Assembly: GCA_963700635.1 (NCBI GenBank)
Contig: CAVOYH010000006.1
Coordinates: forward strand, 1 to 64,000
Length of the DNA: 64,000 nucleotides
Origin: an uncultured Bacteroidota bacterium
GTDB taxonomy: Bacteria; Bacteroidota; Ignavibacteria; UBA10030; UBA6906
Reading direction: 5' to 3'
The position numbers were made by a program, and so were the translations under genes. Of this stretch, positions 32,401-41,551 are shown piece after piece. The first letter of the stretch is position 1. Each line of letters starts with the position of its first letter. Under the pieces are notes generated by a model. It saw only the letters and a program-made list of their open reading frames with translations, was not told the origin of the DNA and did no database searches.

Positions 32401-32462
32401 AGCGCGGCCGGAATAATCAGGAGGCATCCGAGAAAGAGAACTCGAACCCAAGCATATCTCAT
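29442..32462 (-). CDS. TonB-dependent receptor with N-terminal carboxypeptidase-regulatory-like domain
   Basis: Start at ATG 32462 (SD AAGGAG). GKLRGTVRD...LPGANV...G.YTILNVPPGEY domain; plug VRGG..E...IDG; FSPRIGVSHP; C-terminal PREYYFGVRFEF. Confidence 0.92.
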   Translation of the reverse strand: MRYAWVRVLFLGCLLIIPAALAFGANGKLRGTVRDDATKQALPGANVVVVGTTLGATADVNGNYTILNVPPGEYRLQASSVGYRRVLVENVRVNLDQTVELNFTLPSEAVEVSEVLISAERRVVDKNRTSTKSTVTSEEITNLPMVSAIEVLNTTPGAYKGFVRGGKINETKTIIDGVDVTDQYYAIAAEQANQGILVAASLTRNQQSQLSTNTNVNFGAVEQMALNTGALGAENPGATAGTITYALKEGRGALKGGFNARVSQFNGLSYNGPSVYWDDYKFFSDRYSTKRRLDSLYAIPVRTAAVQTGITNDSTRYSKFKYDTGRYDNQNKPSIDVEAFLGGNITDDWRFYASGRFFDTHGRLPNQRSRQADITLKTGYNISNDIKLDAFGIINDKGQLFGWKNTDYNDRFRYFLEGVPKNDGLSYVGSLKLTHMLSPSTFYEVQLSRTYKQETYGYTDENGDGYAGLDEGGDFLTLETPEAIAKYVSKASTDLGKFFRIGDEAAASFLGPPGSIGNIQTGFTRPQFVYDQLKNIVNTLRADITSQATFNHQLKAGFQLKLHDVSRVGRNSTLGADATDLRARLFVEKWNFYPSEFGVYASDRMEFGGLVLNIGARLDRWDPNAADIANYYNYFKADTIDVDGVGLRSNIPIRATEKEPAIWFFSPRIGVSHPVGDQAALFFSYSRQATPPPFSRLYSSYSLLFGAPGSFPNFVSLHQDLIKSSNYEIGVQWEFMPAQFGLNFTAYMRDVENYSTPSFTLQLTNGSNILHLPMNGQYADARGIEVTLQAIRRQYLDFLWVSGRASYAYTYVKASGWTGNDGTQRTTFSTLDSLQYNNKLPFNDFIYYNKVQNNVVGGNSTLTGGYDREHRISYTLVLGFPEDFQLSSVGTFQSGFYYPLLYTVDPRVANRQLGQSPWNQMVDFRLEKGFRFDNIRIAVFADVKNAFNWTNIIGYDNTLSGAQIWETSNDEGNADPTGSYKRPVSLDNSLFYDIPREYYFGVRFEF

Positions 32463-32690
32463 GGTGTTGCTCCTTGAGTGATTACAGAATGGTAACTGGT
32501 AAGCAGGTAGTATCGTCCTTGAAATCGTACCTCCTTTCGGGGCAAACATCACCCACTGAAGTAGATGTTGGGGAAGGAATAAGAACTAAGGGAAAAAAAA
32601 CAGAAACCGGGAAACGCTACAAATGAACCGCGGAGGTGTATACACGATCGGATCGTGCGGTAAACTCTTAGCTGAGGAGCGGCTCACCTG

Positions 32691-32705
32691 TGAAATGGCG
32701 TTTCA
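32691..32705. promoter_or_regulatory. 15-bp operator-like palindrome TGAAATGGCGTTTCA (KdgR/IclR type)
   Basis: TGAAA-N5-TTTCA inverted repeat 8 nt downstream of the predicted -10 of the receptor promoter. It resembles the KdgR box TGAAACnnnGTTTCA. Confidence 0.65.
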
Positions 32706-32713
32706 TCATAGAT

Positions 32714-32742
32714 ATATTACAAAGAGTGCACTGTATTGTCAA
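32714..32742 (-). promoter_or_regulatory. Predicted sigma70 promoter of the TonB-receptor operon
   Basis: Minus strand TTGACA (32742-32737), 17-nt spacer, TAATAT (32719-32714). Confidence 0.7.
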
Positions 32743-32794
32743 GGAGAATCCAAAAAAAGTTGAATCCTGACCAGCAAAAAGCAGGCCACACATC

Positions 32795-32823
32795 TTGACA
32801 TTGTCATCCCTTTCTGCCATACT
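32795..32823 (+). promoter_or_regulatory. Predicted sigma70 promoter of the GH78 operon
   Basis: TTGACA (32795-32800), 17-nt spacer, CATACT (32818-32823), with an extended -10 TG at 32815-32816. Confidence 0.7.
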
Positions 32824-32852
32824 CAACCTTTTAAGGATTCCATACCCACACC

Positions 32853-35492
32853 ATGACGACCAGACGAAACTTTCTCAGACAAACAGCGGGGACAGGCACA
32901 CTGCTCGGACTGATTCCGGCTCAGCTGTCGGTCGCTCAAACACCGGAAAGTCCCAATTTGCCCGAAACGACTCACATCCACCTCCCTCCGGAGAAGAACA
33001 GGCTCGACCTCTCCCCTGCCCGATGGATCTGGTATCCATCGGAACGGACACTGCCCAATACCGTGGTGCTCTTCCGGCGCTCACTGCACATCGTTTCCAA
33101 AGTCCGAAGTGCAACAGGCTGGATCGCCGCAGACAGCCGCTACCTCCTCACCATCGACGGTACACGCGTCCAGTGGGGTCCCGCACCCGCTGACCCACGG
33201 AGAATGGAAGTTGATCCCCTTGACCTGACAGACCTTCTGAACCAGGGGAACCATACCATTGGCATCACCGCTCTCTTCTACGGCCACGGCGACGGAACAC
33301 ACCCCATCGGCAAACCGGGTGTGATCTTTACCCTGACCGTTACGTTTGTGGACGGCTCTATCCTGACGGTCTGCAGTGATGGTTCCTGGTCCTGCTACCT
33401 CTGTAAGAGCTGGCGGCCGGGTCAGTATAAACGCTGGTATCTCCGCTCGTTCCAGGAGGAGTTTGATTCGCGCCTCTATCCGTATGGATGGGACCTGCCG
33501 GAATTTCCGCCTGCGACAGACTGGCTGCCAGCGCAGCTGCTTGTGTGCCCCGCAACGGTGCCACCCAGCTGCTCAACGTATCCGGACTACATGCTGGATA
33601 CGCGGGCTGATCGGTCCGTTTCATGCCTGATGCCGCGGAGTATCCCGATGCTTACAGAGCACCCCGTCGCTGTCGAACGGCTCGTGGAAGCATACGCCGT
33701 ACGCTGGCACAGGCCGGCTGAAGAGTACTTTGATGTCCTTACACCAAATGCGTTCACTGCCTCGCCCCTCCAGATCCCTTCTACTTCACCGGGGGAATGG
33801 ACGACGGAGCTTGACGGGATATCCGCAGCGGCCCTCACATTTGAATTCCGCGATGAGTGTGTCGGGTTTCCGTTTTTTACCATTGACGCACCCCGGGACA
33901 CCATCGTTGAGCTGATGGTCCAGGAGGGACATACTCCCGGCGGGCCGCCCCTGCTGAATACACATTTCCATGCATGGTCCAGATTCATCTGTTCGGGAGG
34001 AAGGCAGACATTCCAGACGTTTGATTACGAAGCGTCAAAGTGGCTCCAGCTTCATGTCCGCGGCGCCAAAGGCCGCGTCACCATCCGCGCCGTCGGTATG
34101 CTGAGGCGGGTCTTCCCCTGGCCGCATACACCTGTAGTACGTGTCGGTGAACCAGCTCTGCAACGGCTGATGGACGCATCCATCAACACGCTCCATAATT
34201 CCGCCCAGGAAACCACAGTGGACGGCATGGGACGGGAACGCCAGCAATACAGCGGAGACGGGGCGCACCAGCTGCATGCAGTCTACCTGACGTTCGGTGA
34301 ACATCAACTCCCCGCACGGTTTTTATCCACCTTCAGCCAGGGTCTTATGCTCGAAGGATATTTCTTTGACTGCTGGCCTGCGTTTGACCGCCTGGCCCGC
34401 GTCATGGAGCGACAGGTGAACATGACCATGTGGGGCCCGTTGCTGGATCATAGTGTCGGATTCGGATTCGATTGTTATCATCACTACCTTTATACCGGCG
34501 ACCTGGAGCCCGTCCGGGAGCCGTACACCCGCTATCAGCGGTTTGTCAGGTACCTGTACGGCATCCGTGGCCGGGATGGCCTCATCCCTGTAACCGGTCT
34601 GGGAACGCCGGCAGTGTGGATCGATCACGATGCATACAGGGGCGGGCGGCAGGAACACAAACAATGCGCCTTCAACCTCTATGCGGCTGCAATGTTGTGT
34701 CATGCATTCGCACCCCTCGCCCGGGCGGCAGGGGACAGCAGCTGGGCTGAGTTCGCCGCTGTTTTCGGCTCTGAACTTCACCGTGCCGCCATTGATACGT
34801 TCTGGAGCAAAACCGATGGCCTGTATATCAACAACCTTCCCTGGCTCAAGGAGGAGGGCACGCCACGCATGTGCGATCGATCTCTTGCCACAGCCGTGCT
34901 CTACGACCAGTGCCCGGATGACATGACCGCCCCCGCGCTGCAGGCGTTGGCCGCCCCTCCCGCTCATCTGGGAATCTCCTATCCGGCGAACGCGTGCTGG
35001 CGATACTGGGCTCTCGCCAGAGGTGGCCGGACGGATGTTGTCCTCCGCGAGTTGCGGGAACGATGGGCCCCGATGGACACCGTGGTGCTGAACAACACAA
35101 TCGGTGAGAATTGGAACGCGGCGCCTGATAGTGGTGATCTGTGGAGCCACTGTGCCGTTGTGCCGCTCTACCTGTTGACCATGGGAATTGCCGGGATTCA
35201 ACCTACCGCACCCGGCTTCGCGCGCTGCCGCCTCAGGCCTCAACCGGCTGACCTCCATCACTTCTCGGTTGTCGTCCCCACGGTCCGCGGATCGTTATCC
35301 ATGGAAGCCACCGGGCAGATGGGCGACCGCACCGTGCACGTTCAGGTGCCCGAGACGTGTGATGCCGAGATTGTCTTGGATGGACGTGAGAAGGTTCCTC
35401 TGAAACTGCTCCGTCAATCCGGTGACGGGCGGACCGCAGTGTTCAAACTCCCGTCGACAACAGACCATCATCTTCACCTGAAACACACCTGA
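32853..35492 (+). CDS. Tat-exported alpha-L-rhamnosidase-like protein (GH78 family)
   Basis: TRRNFLR Tat signal; ARWIWYP...FRR...ADSRY.L.IDG N-domain; VDGMGRERQQYSGD catalytic region; TIGENW, SHC and GIQPTAPGF. Confidence 0.85.
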   Translation: MTTRRNFLRQTAGTGTLLGLIPAQLSVAQTPESPNLPETTHIHLPPEKNRLDLSPARWIWYPSERTLPNTVVLFRRSLHIVSKVRSATGWIAADSRYLLTIDGTRVQWGPAPADPRRMEVDPLDLTDLLNQGNHTIGITALFYGHGDGTHPIGKPGVIFTLTVTFVDGSILTVCSDGSWSCYLCKSWRPGQYKRWYLRSFQEEFDSRLYPYGWDLPEFPPATDWLPAQLLVCPATVPPSCSTYPDYMLDTRADRSVSCLMPRSIPMLTEHPVAVERLVEAYAVRWHRPAEEYFDVLTPNAFTASPLQIPSTSPGEWTTELDGISAAALTFEFRDECVGFPFFTIDAPRDTIVELMVQEGHTPGGPPLLNTHFHAWSRFICSGGRQTFQTFDYEASKWLQLHVRGAKGRVTIRAVGMLRRVFPWPHTPVVRVGEPALQRLMDASINTLHNSAQETTVDGMGRERQQYSGDGAHQLHAVYLTFGEHQLPARFLSTFSQGLMLEGYFFDCWPAFDRLARVMERQVNMTMWGPLLDHSVGFGFDCYHHYLYTGDLEPVREPYTRYQRFVRYLYGIRGRDGLIPVTGLGTPAVWIDHDAYRGGRQEHKQCAFNLYAAAMLCHAFAPLARAAGDSSWAEFAAVFGSELHRAAIDTFWSKTDGLYINNLPWLKEEGTPRMCDRSLATAVLYDQCPDDMTAPALQALAAPPAHLGISYPANACWRYWALARGGRTDVVLRELRERWAPMDTVVLNNTIGENWNAAPDSGDLWSHCAVVPLYLLTMGIAGIQPTAPGFARCRLRPQPADLHHFSVVVPTVRGSLSMEATGQMGDRTVHVQVPETCDAEIVLDGREKVPLKLLRQSGDGRTAVFKLPSTTDHHLHLKHT

Positions 35493-35567
35493 GCTCATGC
35501 TGACTGCTGAGCCTCACGATTGCCGCCCGGAAAACCACCGTGACGCACACGCCGCGAAGGACATTGT

Positions 35568-36398
35568 ATGAATATCCTGCTCATCCGTTCCAAATGGGAT
35601 CTGGATGATCTCCCGCTCGAAGAATTTCTCCGTTATTCCCGCACACAGGGTTTTGACGGGACCGAGATTCATCTCCCGTCACTCCACGCGTCACCGGAAG
35701 AATCAATCGGACTGCACGAAAGCCATGCCCTGAGATTTGTTGCCATGATCACCACCGAGGGAAGCTCTCCGGAGGAGCACATCACGACGCTGGAACAGCG
35801 TTTTCGGTCCGCAGTCCGGTACAAGCCCCTGCTTGTAAATTGCCACACCGGGCGGGACATCTTCACATTGGAAGAGAATCTTCGTATCTTCCGACGGGGA
35901 GAGGAACTGAGCAGTGAGGCAGGTATCCCGCTCTGTCACGAAACACACCGGGGCCGGGCCATGTTCAGCGCTCCGTCCACGTCTGCGATCCTCTCCGCAC
36001 TTCCCGCACTCCGGCTCACTGCGGATTTTTCTCACTGGTGTTGTGTGCATGAATCGCTCTTGCTGGACCAGGAAGAGGCCGTACACCGTGCGATACGGCA
36101 TACAGAGTACATTCATGCCCGCGTCGGCCATATGGAGGGGCCCCAGGTGAGCGACCCCCGGGCCCCGGAGTGGGCCGCGGAGGTGGAGAGACATCTCTCC
36201 TGGTGGGAACAAATTGCGGCCGGGCGGGCGCGGGCGGGAGCGCCCGTCCTGGCAATCTGTCCTGAATTCGGACCGCCGCCCTACATGCCGACTCTGCCCT
36301 ACACCAAACAGCCGGTGTCGGATATCCGTGACGTTATTGTTCATCAACAACAGCAACTCCGCAAGCGATTGGAACAGTATTGCTTGCCTGTGGCGTAG
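35568..36398 (+). CDS. Sugar phosphate isomerase/epimerase family TIM-barrel protein
   Basis: NCHTGRD, HETHRGR, TADFSHW..V.ES, HARVG..EGPQV.DPRAPEW and PEFGP.PY. Confidence 0.85.
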   Translation: MNILLIRSKWDLDDLPLEEFLRYSRTQGFDGTEIHLPSLHASPEESIGLHESHALRFVAMITTEGSSPEEHITTLEQRFRSAVRYKPLLVNCHTGRDIFTLEENLRIFRRGEELSSEAGIPLCHETHRGRAMFSAPSTSAILSALPALRLTADFSHWCCVHESLLLDQEEAVHRAIRHTEYIHARVGHMEGPQVSDPRAPEWAAEVERHLSWWEQIAAGRARAGAPVLAICPEFGPPPYMPTLPYTKQPVSDIRDVIVHQQQQLRKRLEQYCLPVA

Positions 36399-36430
36399 AT
36401 CAACGCGAGAGTATCCTGGAGAATCGTGAA

Positions 36431-36880
36431 ATGGAAATTGCAGACCTGGGTGTCATCGAAGGGCGCCTGTACCCTGCCCGGCGCAGAACGCAAAACCTGG
36501 TGGGCGGTGTATCCCCCATCCAAGCACGCAATTTTGCCATGGGACATGTGATCCTCGAACCCCGTGGAGGCCAGGTCCCGTGGCATAACCAGGAACAGGA
36601 AGAGGTATACTATATTATTGATGGCACGGCTGAGATGTGCCTCGGGCAGGAACTTCAGGTCCTGAAGAGCGGTCAGGCTGTTTATATACCCCCGGGGGTC
36701 TTTCATCAGATTACCAATGTCGGTGACACGTCAATGCACATGCTTTATTGTTATGCCCCGGCAGGAGATGTGGCACACTGGAGGCAGGAACTGAGCGGAA
36801 CACTGCCCCGCGCCGGCGCGGAGGCTCCCCCTCTCCCGGCTGGCGCTCAACCTCAATGTACCGAACAACCTGAACACTGA
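36431..36880 (+). CDS. Cupin domain protein
   Basis: PWHNQEQEEVYYI..G and GQAVYIPPGVFHQITN cupin motifs. Start at ATG 36431. Confidence 0.85.
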   Translation: MEIADLGVIEGRLYPARRRTQNLVGGVSPIQARNFAMGHVILEPRGGQVPWHNQEQEEVYYIIDGTAEMCLGQELQVLKSGQAVYIPPGVFHQITNVGDTSMHMLYCYAPAGDVAHWRQELSGTLPRAGAEAPPLPAGAQPQCTEQPEH

Positions 36881-36902
36881 ATACGGGTCTTTTACGGAGA
36901 GT

Positions 36903-38078
36903 ATGTGTATGGCTACTACAACCCATCATATCGGCATCATCATGAACGGCGTCACCGGCCGCATGGGATCAAATCAGCATCTTCTGCGGTCAATCATGGC
37001 CATCATCCGCCAGGGCGGCGTACGTGTGAACGACAGGGAGGTTATACTCCCCGATCCCATTCTTGTCGGACGTAATGCGGGTCGTCTCGAACGCCTTGCC
37101 AATACCGCCGGCATCACGCGGTGGACGACGGATCTGGGGAAAGCTCTCGCCGATTCCCAGAACCAGATCTACTTCGATGCGCAAATGACCAATCTGCGCG
37201 TATCGAGTATCCGGGATGCCATCAAGGCAGGCAAACATGTCTATTGCGAGAAACCCACGGCCCTGACCACCGATGAGGCATATGAACTCTATCTGCTCGC
37301 CGAAGAAAAATCAATCAAACATGGTGTCGTGCAGGACAAACTCTGGCTTCCGGGACTCCTGAAGCTCCGCCTCCTCAAGGAAACCGGTTTTTTCGGGCGC
37401 ATCCTCTCGGTTCGTGGTGATTTCGGATACTGGGTCTTTGAAGGTGACTCCATCCCCGCGCAGCGGCCATCCTGGAACTACCGCACGGAAGACGGAGGGG
37501 GAATCATCTTTGATATGCTGTGTCACTGGAGGTACGTCCTGGATAATCTCTTTGGGGCCGTACAATCCGTATCCTGCCTCGGGGCCACGCATATCCCCAC
37601 CCGATGGGATGAAGCGGGAAAACCGTACGTTTGTACTGCCGACGACGCCGCGTACGCCACATTTCAATTGAGCGACGGGATCGTGGCCCAGTTTAATTCA
37701 TCCTGGACGACGCGCGTGCGCCGCGATGACCTCCTGACCATTCAGGTCGACGGTACACACGGTTCCGCGGTCGCCGGGCTGCGCGAATGCTGGATCCAAC
37801 CGGCACATGCAACTCCCCGGCCGACCTGGAATCCCGATATCGAAAATCCGTTTGATTTCCTGGATCAATGGATTGAGGTTCCCGCCCAGCAGGAATTCGA
37901 TAATGCCTTTAAGGCACAGTGGGAACTTTTTCTCCGTCATGTCGTGAAGGACGAACCATTTCCATGGTCGCTGCTGGAGGGCGCAAAGGGCGTCCAGCTT
38001 GCAGAGAAAGGGATTGAATCCTGGCGATCACGGGCATGGGTGGATTTGCCGGAACTCAAGATGGTGCACCATGACTAA
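36903..38078 (+). CDS. Gfo/Idh/MocA-family NAD(P)-dependent oxidoreductase
   Basis: [22 protein letters not shown] and [11 protein letters not shown]. Confidence 0.92.
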   Translation: MCMATTTHHIGIIMNGVTGRMGSNQHLLRSIMAIIRQGGVRVNDREVILPDPILVGRNAGRLERLANTAGITRWTTDLGKALADSQNQIYFDAQMTNLRVSSIRDAIKAGKHVYCEKPTALTTDEAYELYLLAEEKSIKHGVVQDKLWLPGLLKLRLLKETGFFGRILSVRGDFGYWVFEGDSIPAQRPSWNYRTEDGGGIIFDMLCHWRYVLDNLFGAVQSVSCLGATHIPTRWDEAGKPYVCTADDAAYATFQLSDGIVAQFNSSWTTRVRRDDLLTIQVDGTHGSAVAGLRECWIQPAHATPRPTWNPDIENPFDFLDQWIEVPAQQEFDNAFKAQWELFLRHVVKDEPFPWSLLEGAKGVQLAEKGIESWRSRAWVDLPELKMVHHD

Positions 38079-39264
38079 GAATCTGCTTCACAACCAAGAG
38101 GAGCTCCGGCAGCAGTATACCAATGCGTTGCTCCTGGATGTCCTCCCCTTCTGGGAGTCTCACTCCATCGACCCCCAGGGGGGGTATTTTACCTGCCTGG
38201 ATCGTGGAGGAATCGTCTATGACACCGACAAATTTGTATGGCTGCAGGCGCGCCAGGTGTGGACATTTTCCATGCTGTACAATCGCCTTGAGAAACGCGC
38301 GGCATGGCTCGACGTTGCACGGCACGGTGCCGAATTTCTGCGCGCACATGGACGGGACGGGGATGGAAACTGGTATTTCGCCCTGAACCGCGATGGCGAT
38401 CCCCTCGTCCAGCCGTACAACATCTTCTCCGACTGTTTTGCTGCGATGGCATTCAGCCAGTATGCACTTGCATCGGGAGATGACGAGGCAAAGGAGATTG
38501 CCCTCGCCAGCTTCCGCAACGTGCTGCGCAGACAAAGCAACCCCGCAGGGACATACAGCAAGATCGTCCCCTGGACCCGTCCGATGCGATCGTTCGCGCT
38601 TCCCATGATTCTCCTCAACGTCGCCCGGGAGTTGGAGGGTCTGCTCCCGGCCGATGAACTGAAGGCCATGACGGACGGATGGATCGAGGAGATCACCGGG
38701 TTGTTTATCGACCGTGAAACCGGCCTGGTGTTCGAACATGTGGCTCCGGACGGCACCCATCCCGATACATTCGCCGGACGATTGTTAAATCCCGGACACG
38801 GCCTGGAAGGGATGTGGTTTCTGATGGAACTTGCCCTGCGGCAGAACAACACGGCCCTCGCCAACGTCGCGACGACAACCATCCTTCGCATCCTCGAGCA
38901 TTCCTGGGATCAGGAATACGCGGGCATCTATGCCTTTCTTGACGCCAGAGGCAAACCGCCGTTGCAGCTTGAATGGGACCAGAAACTCTGGTGGGTTCAC
39001 CTTGAAACTCTTGTTGCTCTTCTTATGGGATACACGCGCTTACACCGCAAAGAGTGCTGGACGTGGTTCGAGCGTGTCCACCAGTACACATGGGCTCATT
39101 TCCCCGATCCGGAACATGGGGAATGGTTTGGTTACCTGAACCGGCGTGGGGAGGTGTTGCTCCCTATAAAAGGAGGAAAATGGAAAGGATGTTTCCATGT
39201 GCCCCGCTGCCTCTTTCGCTGCGCTCAGATGCTCGGTTCGGGGGCACCAGCCGCCATCGGATGA
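38071..39264 (+). CDS. N-acylglucosamine 2-epimerase (AGE family)
   Basis: [44 protein letters not shown] and [11 protein letters not shown]. Start at ATG 38071. Confidence 0.93.
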   Translation: MTKNLLHNQEELRQQYTNALLLDVLPFWESHSIDPQGGYFTCLDRGGIVYDTDKFVWLQARQVWTFSMLYNRLEKRAAWLDVARHGAEFLRAHGRDGDGNWYFALNRDGDPLVQPYNIFSDCFAAMAFSQYALASGDDEAKEIALASFRNVLRRQSNPAGTYSKIVPWTRPMRSFALPMILLNVARELEGLLPADELKAMTDGWIEEITGLFIDRETGLVFEHVAPDGTHPDTFAGRLLNPGHGLEGMWFLMELALRQNNTALANVATTTILRILEHSWDQEYAGIYAFLDARGKPPLQLEWDQKLWWVHLETLVALLMGYTRLHRKECWTWFERVHQYTWAHFPDPEHGEWFGYLNRRGEVLLPIKGGKWKGCFHVPRCLFRCAQMLGSGAPAAIG

Positions 39265-39273
39265 TTATGGCGA

Positions 39274-39331
39274 CGTAACGCTGTTTCCATCCTGAAACGA
39301 CATTGCATTATTAAAATAAAACCCGTATCTC
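39274..39331 (+). promoter_or_regulatory. Operator-like sites and predicted internal promoter upstream of PhyH/MFS/GH51
   Basis: TGAAACGACATTGCA (39293-39307) matches the 32691 site (minus strand) at 13/15; a weaker copy lies at 39274-39288. TTGCAT, 17-nt spacer, TATCTC at 39303-39331. Confidence 0.55.
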
Positions 39332-39399
39332 CCCTCTGTGCACAATCCCGTGCGCGCCCGCCAGTGTTTCCCCGGATCACAAACGAGGAAGGAAGACCC

Positions 39400-40170
39400 G
39401 TGCAGCAGAACCTGAAAGCGGTCTATGACCGCGACGGATACGTCATTGTTCGCCAGGCCATTGATCACAACCTCGTGGCCGAAGCACAACACCATGTGCG
39501 CTGGCTGCTGGAACGTAACCCCGATGTCCGTCCGGAACAACTCCACGCACACCTTGCCTTGGATGACCCGTTCTGGATCCGGCTGATCGGCGATGACCGC
39601 CTCCTGGATATCGCGCAACAGTTTGTAGGGCCCGACATCGCACTGTTCGCCACCCACTATATATGCAAGCCGCCCCGCACGGGCCAGGCGGTTCTCTGGC
39701 ATCAGGACGGAAGTTACTGGCCTCTGGATCCGATGGACGTTGTCACACTCTGGCTTGCGGTCTCGGATTCTACTCCGGCAAACGGATGCATGCGCGTTAT
39801 CCCGGGAACCCATCACCTCACGCTTGAGACCACGCAGGAACGTACGGATGTGGAGAACGTGCTCGGGTCTTCGATGAGCAGTGACCGTGTGGACCCGTCG
39901 AGTGCCATTAATGTGGCTCTCACCGCGGGGGATCTCTCGATCCATCACCCGAACCTGATCCACGGGTCCGAAGCAAACCTGTCTGATCAGTGGCGGATGG
40001 GACTCACGATCCGGTATGTGCCAACCACGACACGAATTCTGAAGCCCGAGATGGCCGCACCCTTCCTGCTCCGCGGCAAAGCGGTCCCGGGGATCAATTC
40101 CTATCGTCCACGCCCCCGCTACCAACCCGGCCTTCACATGGCCTTTGCCGGTTGTGAAGGGTGGAGATAA
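39400..40170 (+). CDS. PhyH-family Fe(II)/2-oxoglutarate dioxygenase
   Basis: WHQDGSYW, WLA..DST..NGCMRVIPGTH and HH..LIHGS.AN.S..WR. GTG start at 39400 after GAGGAAGGA. Confidence 0.9.
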   Translation: MQQNLKAVYDRDGYVIVRQAIDHNLVAEAQHHVRWLLERNPDVRPEQLHAHLALDDPFWIRLIGDDRLLDIAQQFVGPDIALFATHYICKPPRTGQAVLWHQDGSYWPLDPMDVVTLWLAVSDSTPANGCMRVIPGTHHLTLETTQERTDVENVLGSSMSSDRVDPSSAINVALTAGDLSIHHPNLIHGSEANLSDQWRMGLTIRYVPTTTRILKPEMAAPFLLRGKAVPGINSYRPRPRYQPGLHMAFAGCEGWR

Positions 40171-40180
40171 CAGAACCAGT

Positions 40181-41540
40181 ATGAAACCTACCTCGTATGC
40201 AACACTTCTGAGTATTGTCGCAGCGCTCGGCGGTCTCCTCTTCGGGTATGACACAGCCGTCGTGGCCGGAGCGATTGGTTTCCTGCGCAATCATTTTGAC
40301 CTGAACGCGGCAGAAACAGGATTTGCCGCATCCAGCGCGCTGATCGGTTGTATCCTGGGCGCCGCGACAGCCGGAACATTGAGTGATCGGTTTGGCAGGA
40401 AGCGGGCGCTGATCCTCTCTGCGATGCTCTTCATCGTATCCGCCGTCTGGTCCGCGATTCCTTCAACCCTCACAGAATTCGCGATCGCGCGGATCATCGG
40501 CGGTATCGGCGTCGGGATGGCATCGATGCTTTCTCCCTTGTATATCGCAGAGATTGCACCTGCGGAGATCCGGGGAAGGCTGGTGGCCTTTAATCAGTTC
40601 GCGATTGTCTCAGGCATCCTCCTGGTCTACTTTGTGAACTACACAATCGCAGGAATCGGAGACGAGGCGTGGGACACTGCCATCGGGTGGCGCTGGATGT
40701 TCGGTTCGGAGACACTCCCCGCCCTTCTGTTCATGATCGCTCTCCTGGCGATCCCGGAGAGTCCGCGCTGGCTTGTGAAACAGGGTGAAACAGCACGGGC
40801 AAAGTCCATTCTCCAGCGTCTGTCAGGGCCCGAACAGGCCACGCGCGACCTTGAAGCCATCACGGAAGCCATCCGGCACGAGGGGTCTTCCCTCCGGGAT
40901 CTGCTCAAACCTGGCTTGCGGCGCGCACTGCTTGTGGGGATGGCCCTTGCAATCCTCCAGCAAATCACCGGCATCAATGTGTTCATGTATTATGCTCCGG
41001 AGATCTTCAAATCTCTCGGCTCCGGAACTGATGTGGCTCTCCTGCAAACCGTGATCATTGGGGCTTGTAATGTCGTGTTCACGATTGTGGCAATCCGGAC
41101 CGTCGATCGATGGGGCAGAAAACCGCTGTTGATTCTCGGCTCAGGAGGAATGGCTCTGTCCCTGGTCGGCCTTGGATGGGCAGCGTACAGCGGGACCACG
41201 GCAGCCTGGGTGCTGGTGTTTATCCTCGGGTATATCGCATGCTTCGCCATGTCCATGGGACCGGTCGTCTGGGTTGTGCTTTCGGAAATATTTCCCACAC
41301 GCCTCCGAGGCCGGGCCATGGGCGATTGCTACACTGCTTCTCTGGGCCTCAAACTACCTCGTTTCCCAGACCTTTCCCATGATCAACGAAGATCCATGGT
41401 TGGTAAGCATATTCCATCACGCGTTTCCGTTCTGGCTGTATGCTGTATTCTGTCTGCTCTCCATCGTCGTCGTCGCCGTCTTCGTCCCGGAAACCAAAGG
41501 ACGAACCCTTGAAGAGATCGAACAATCCTGGACCCGTTAG
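40181..41540 (+). CDS. Sugar porter MFS transporter (XylE/AraE-like); apparent +1 frameshift at ~41321
   Basis: GGLLFGYDT, DRFGRK, PESPRWL, QQITGIN and WV.LSEIFP. The last two helices and PETKGRTLEEIE lie in a shifted frame ending at 41540. Confidence 0.9.
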
Positions 41541-41551
41541 ACTGACCGCCC

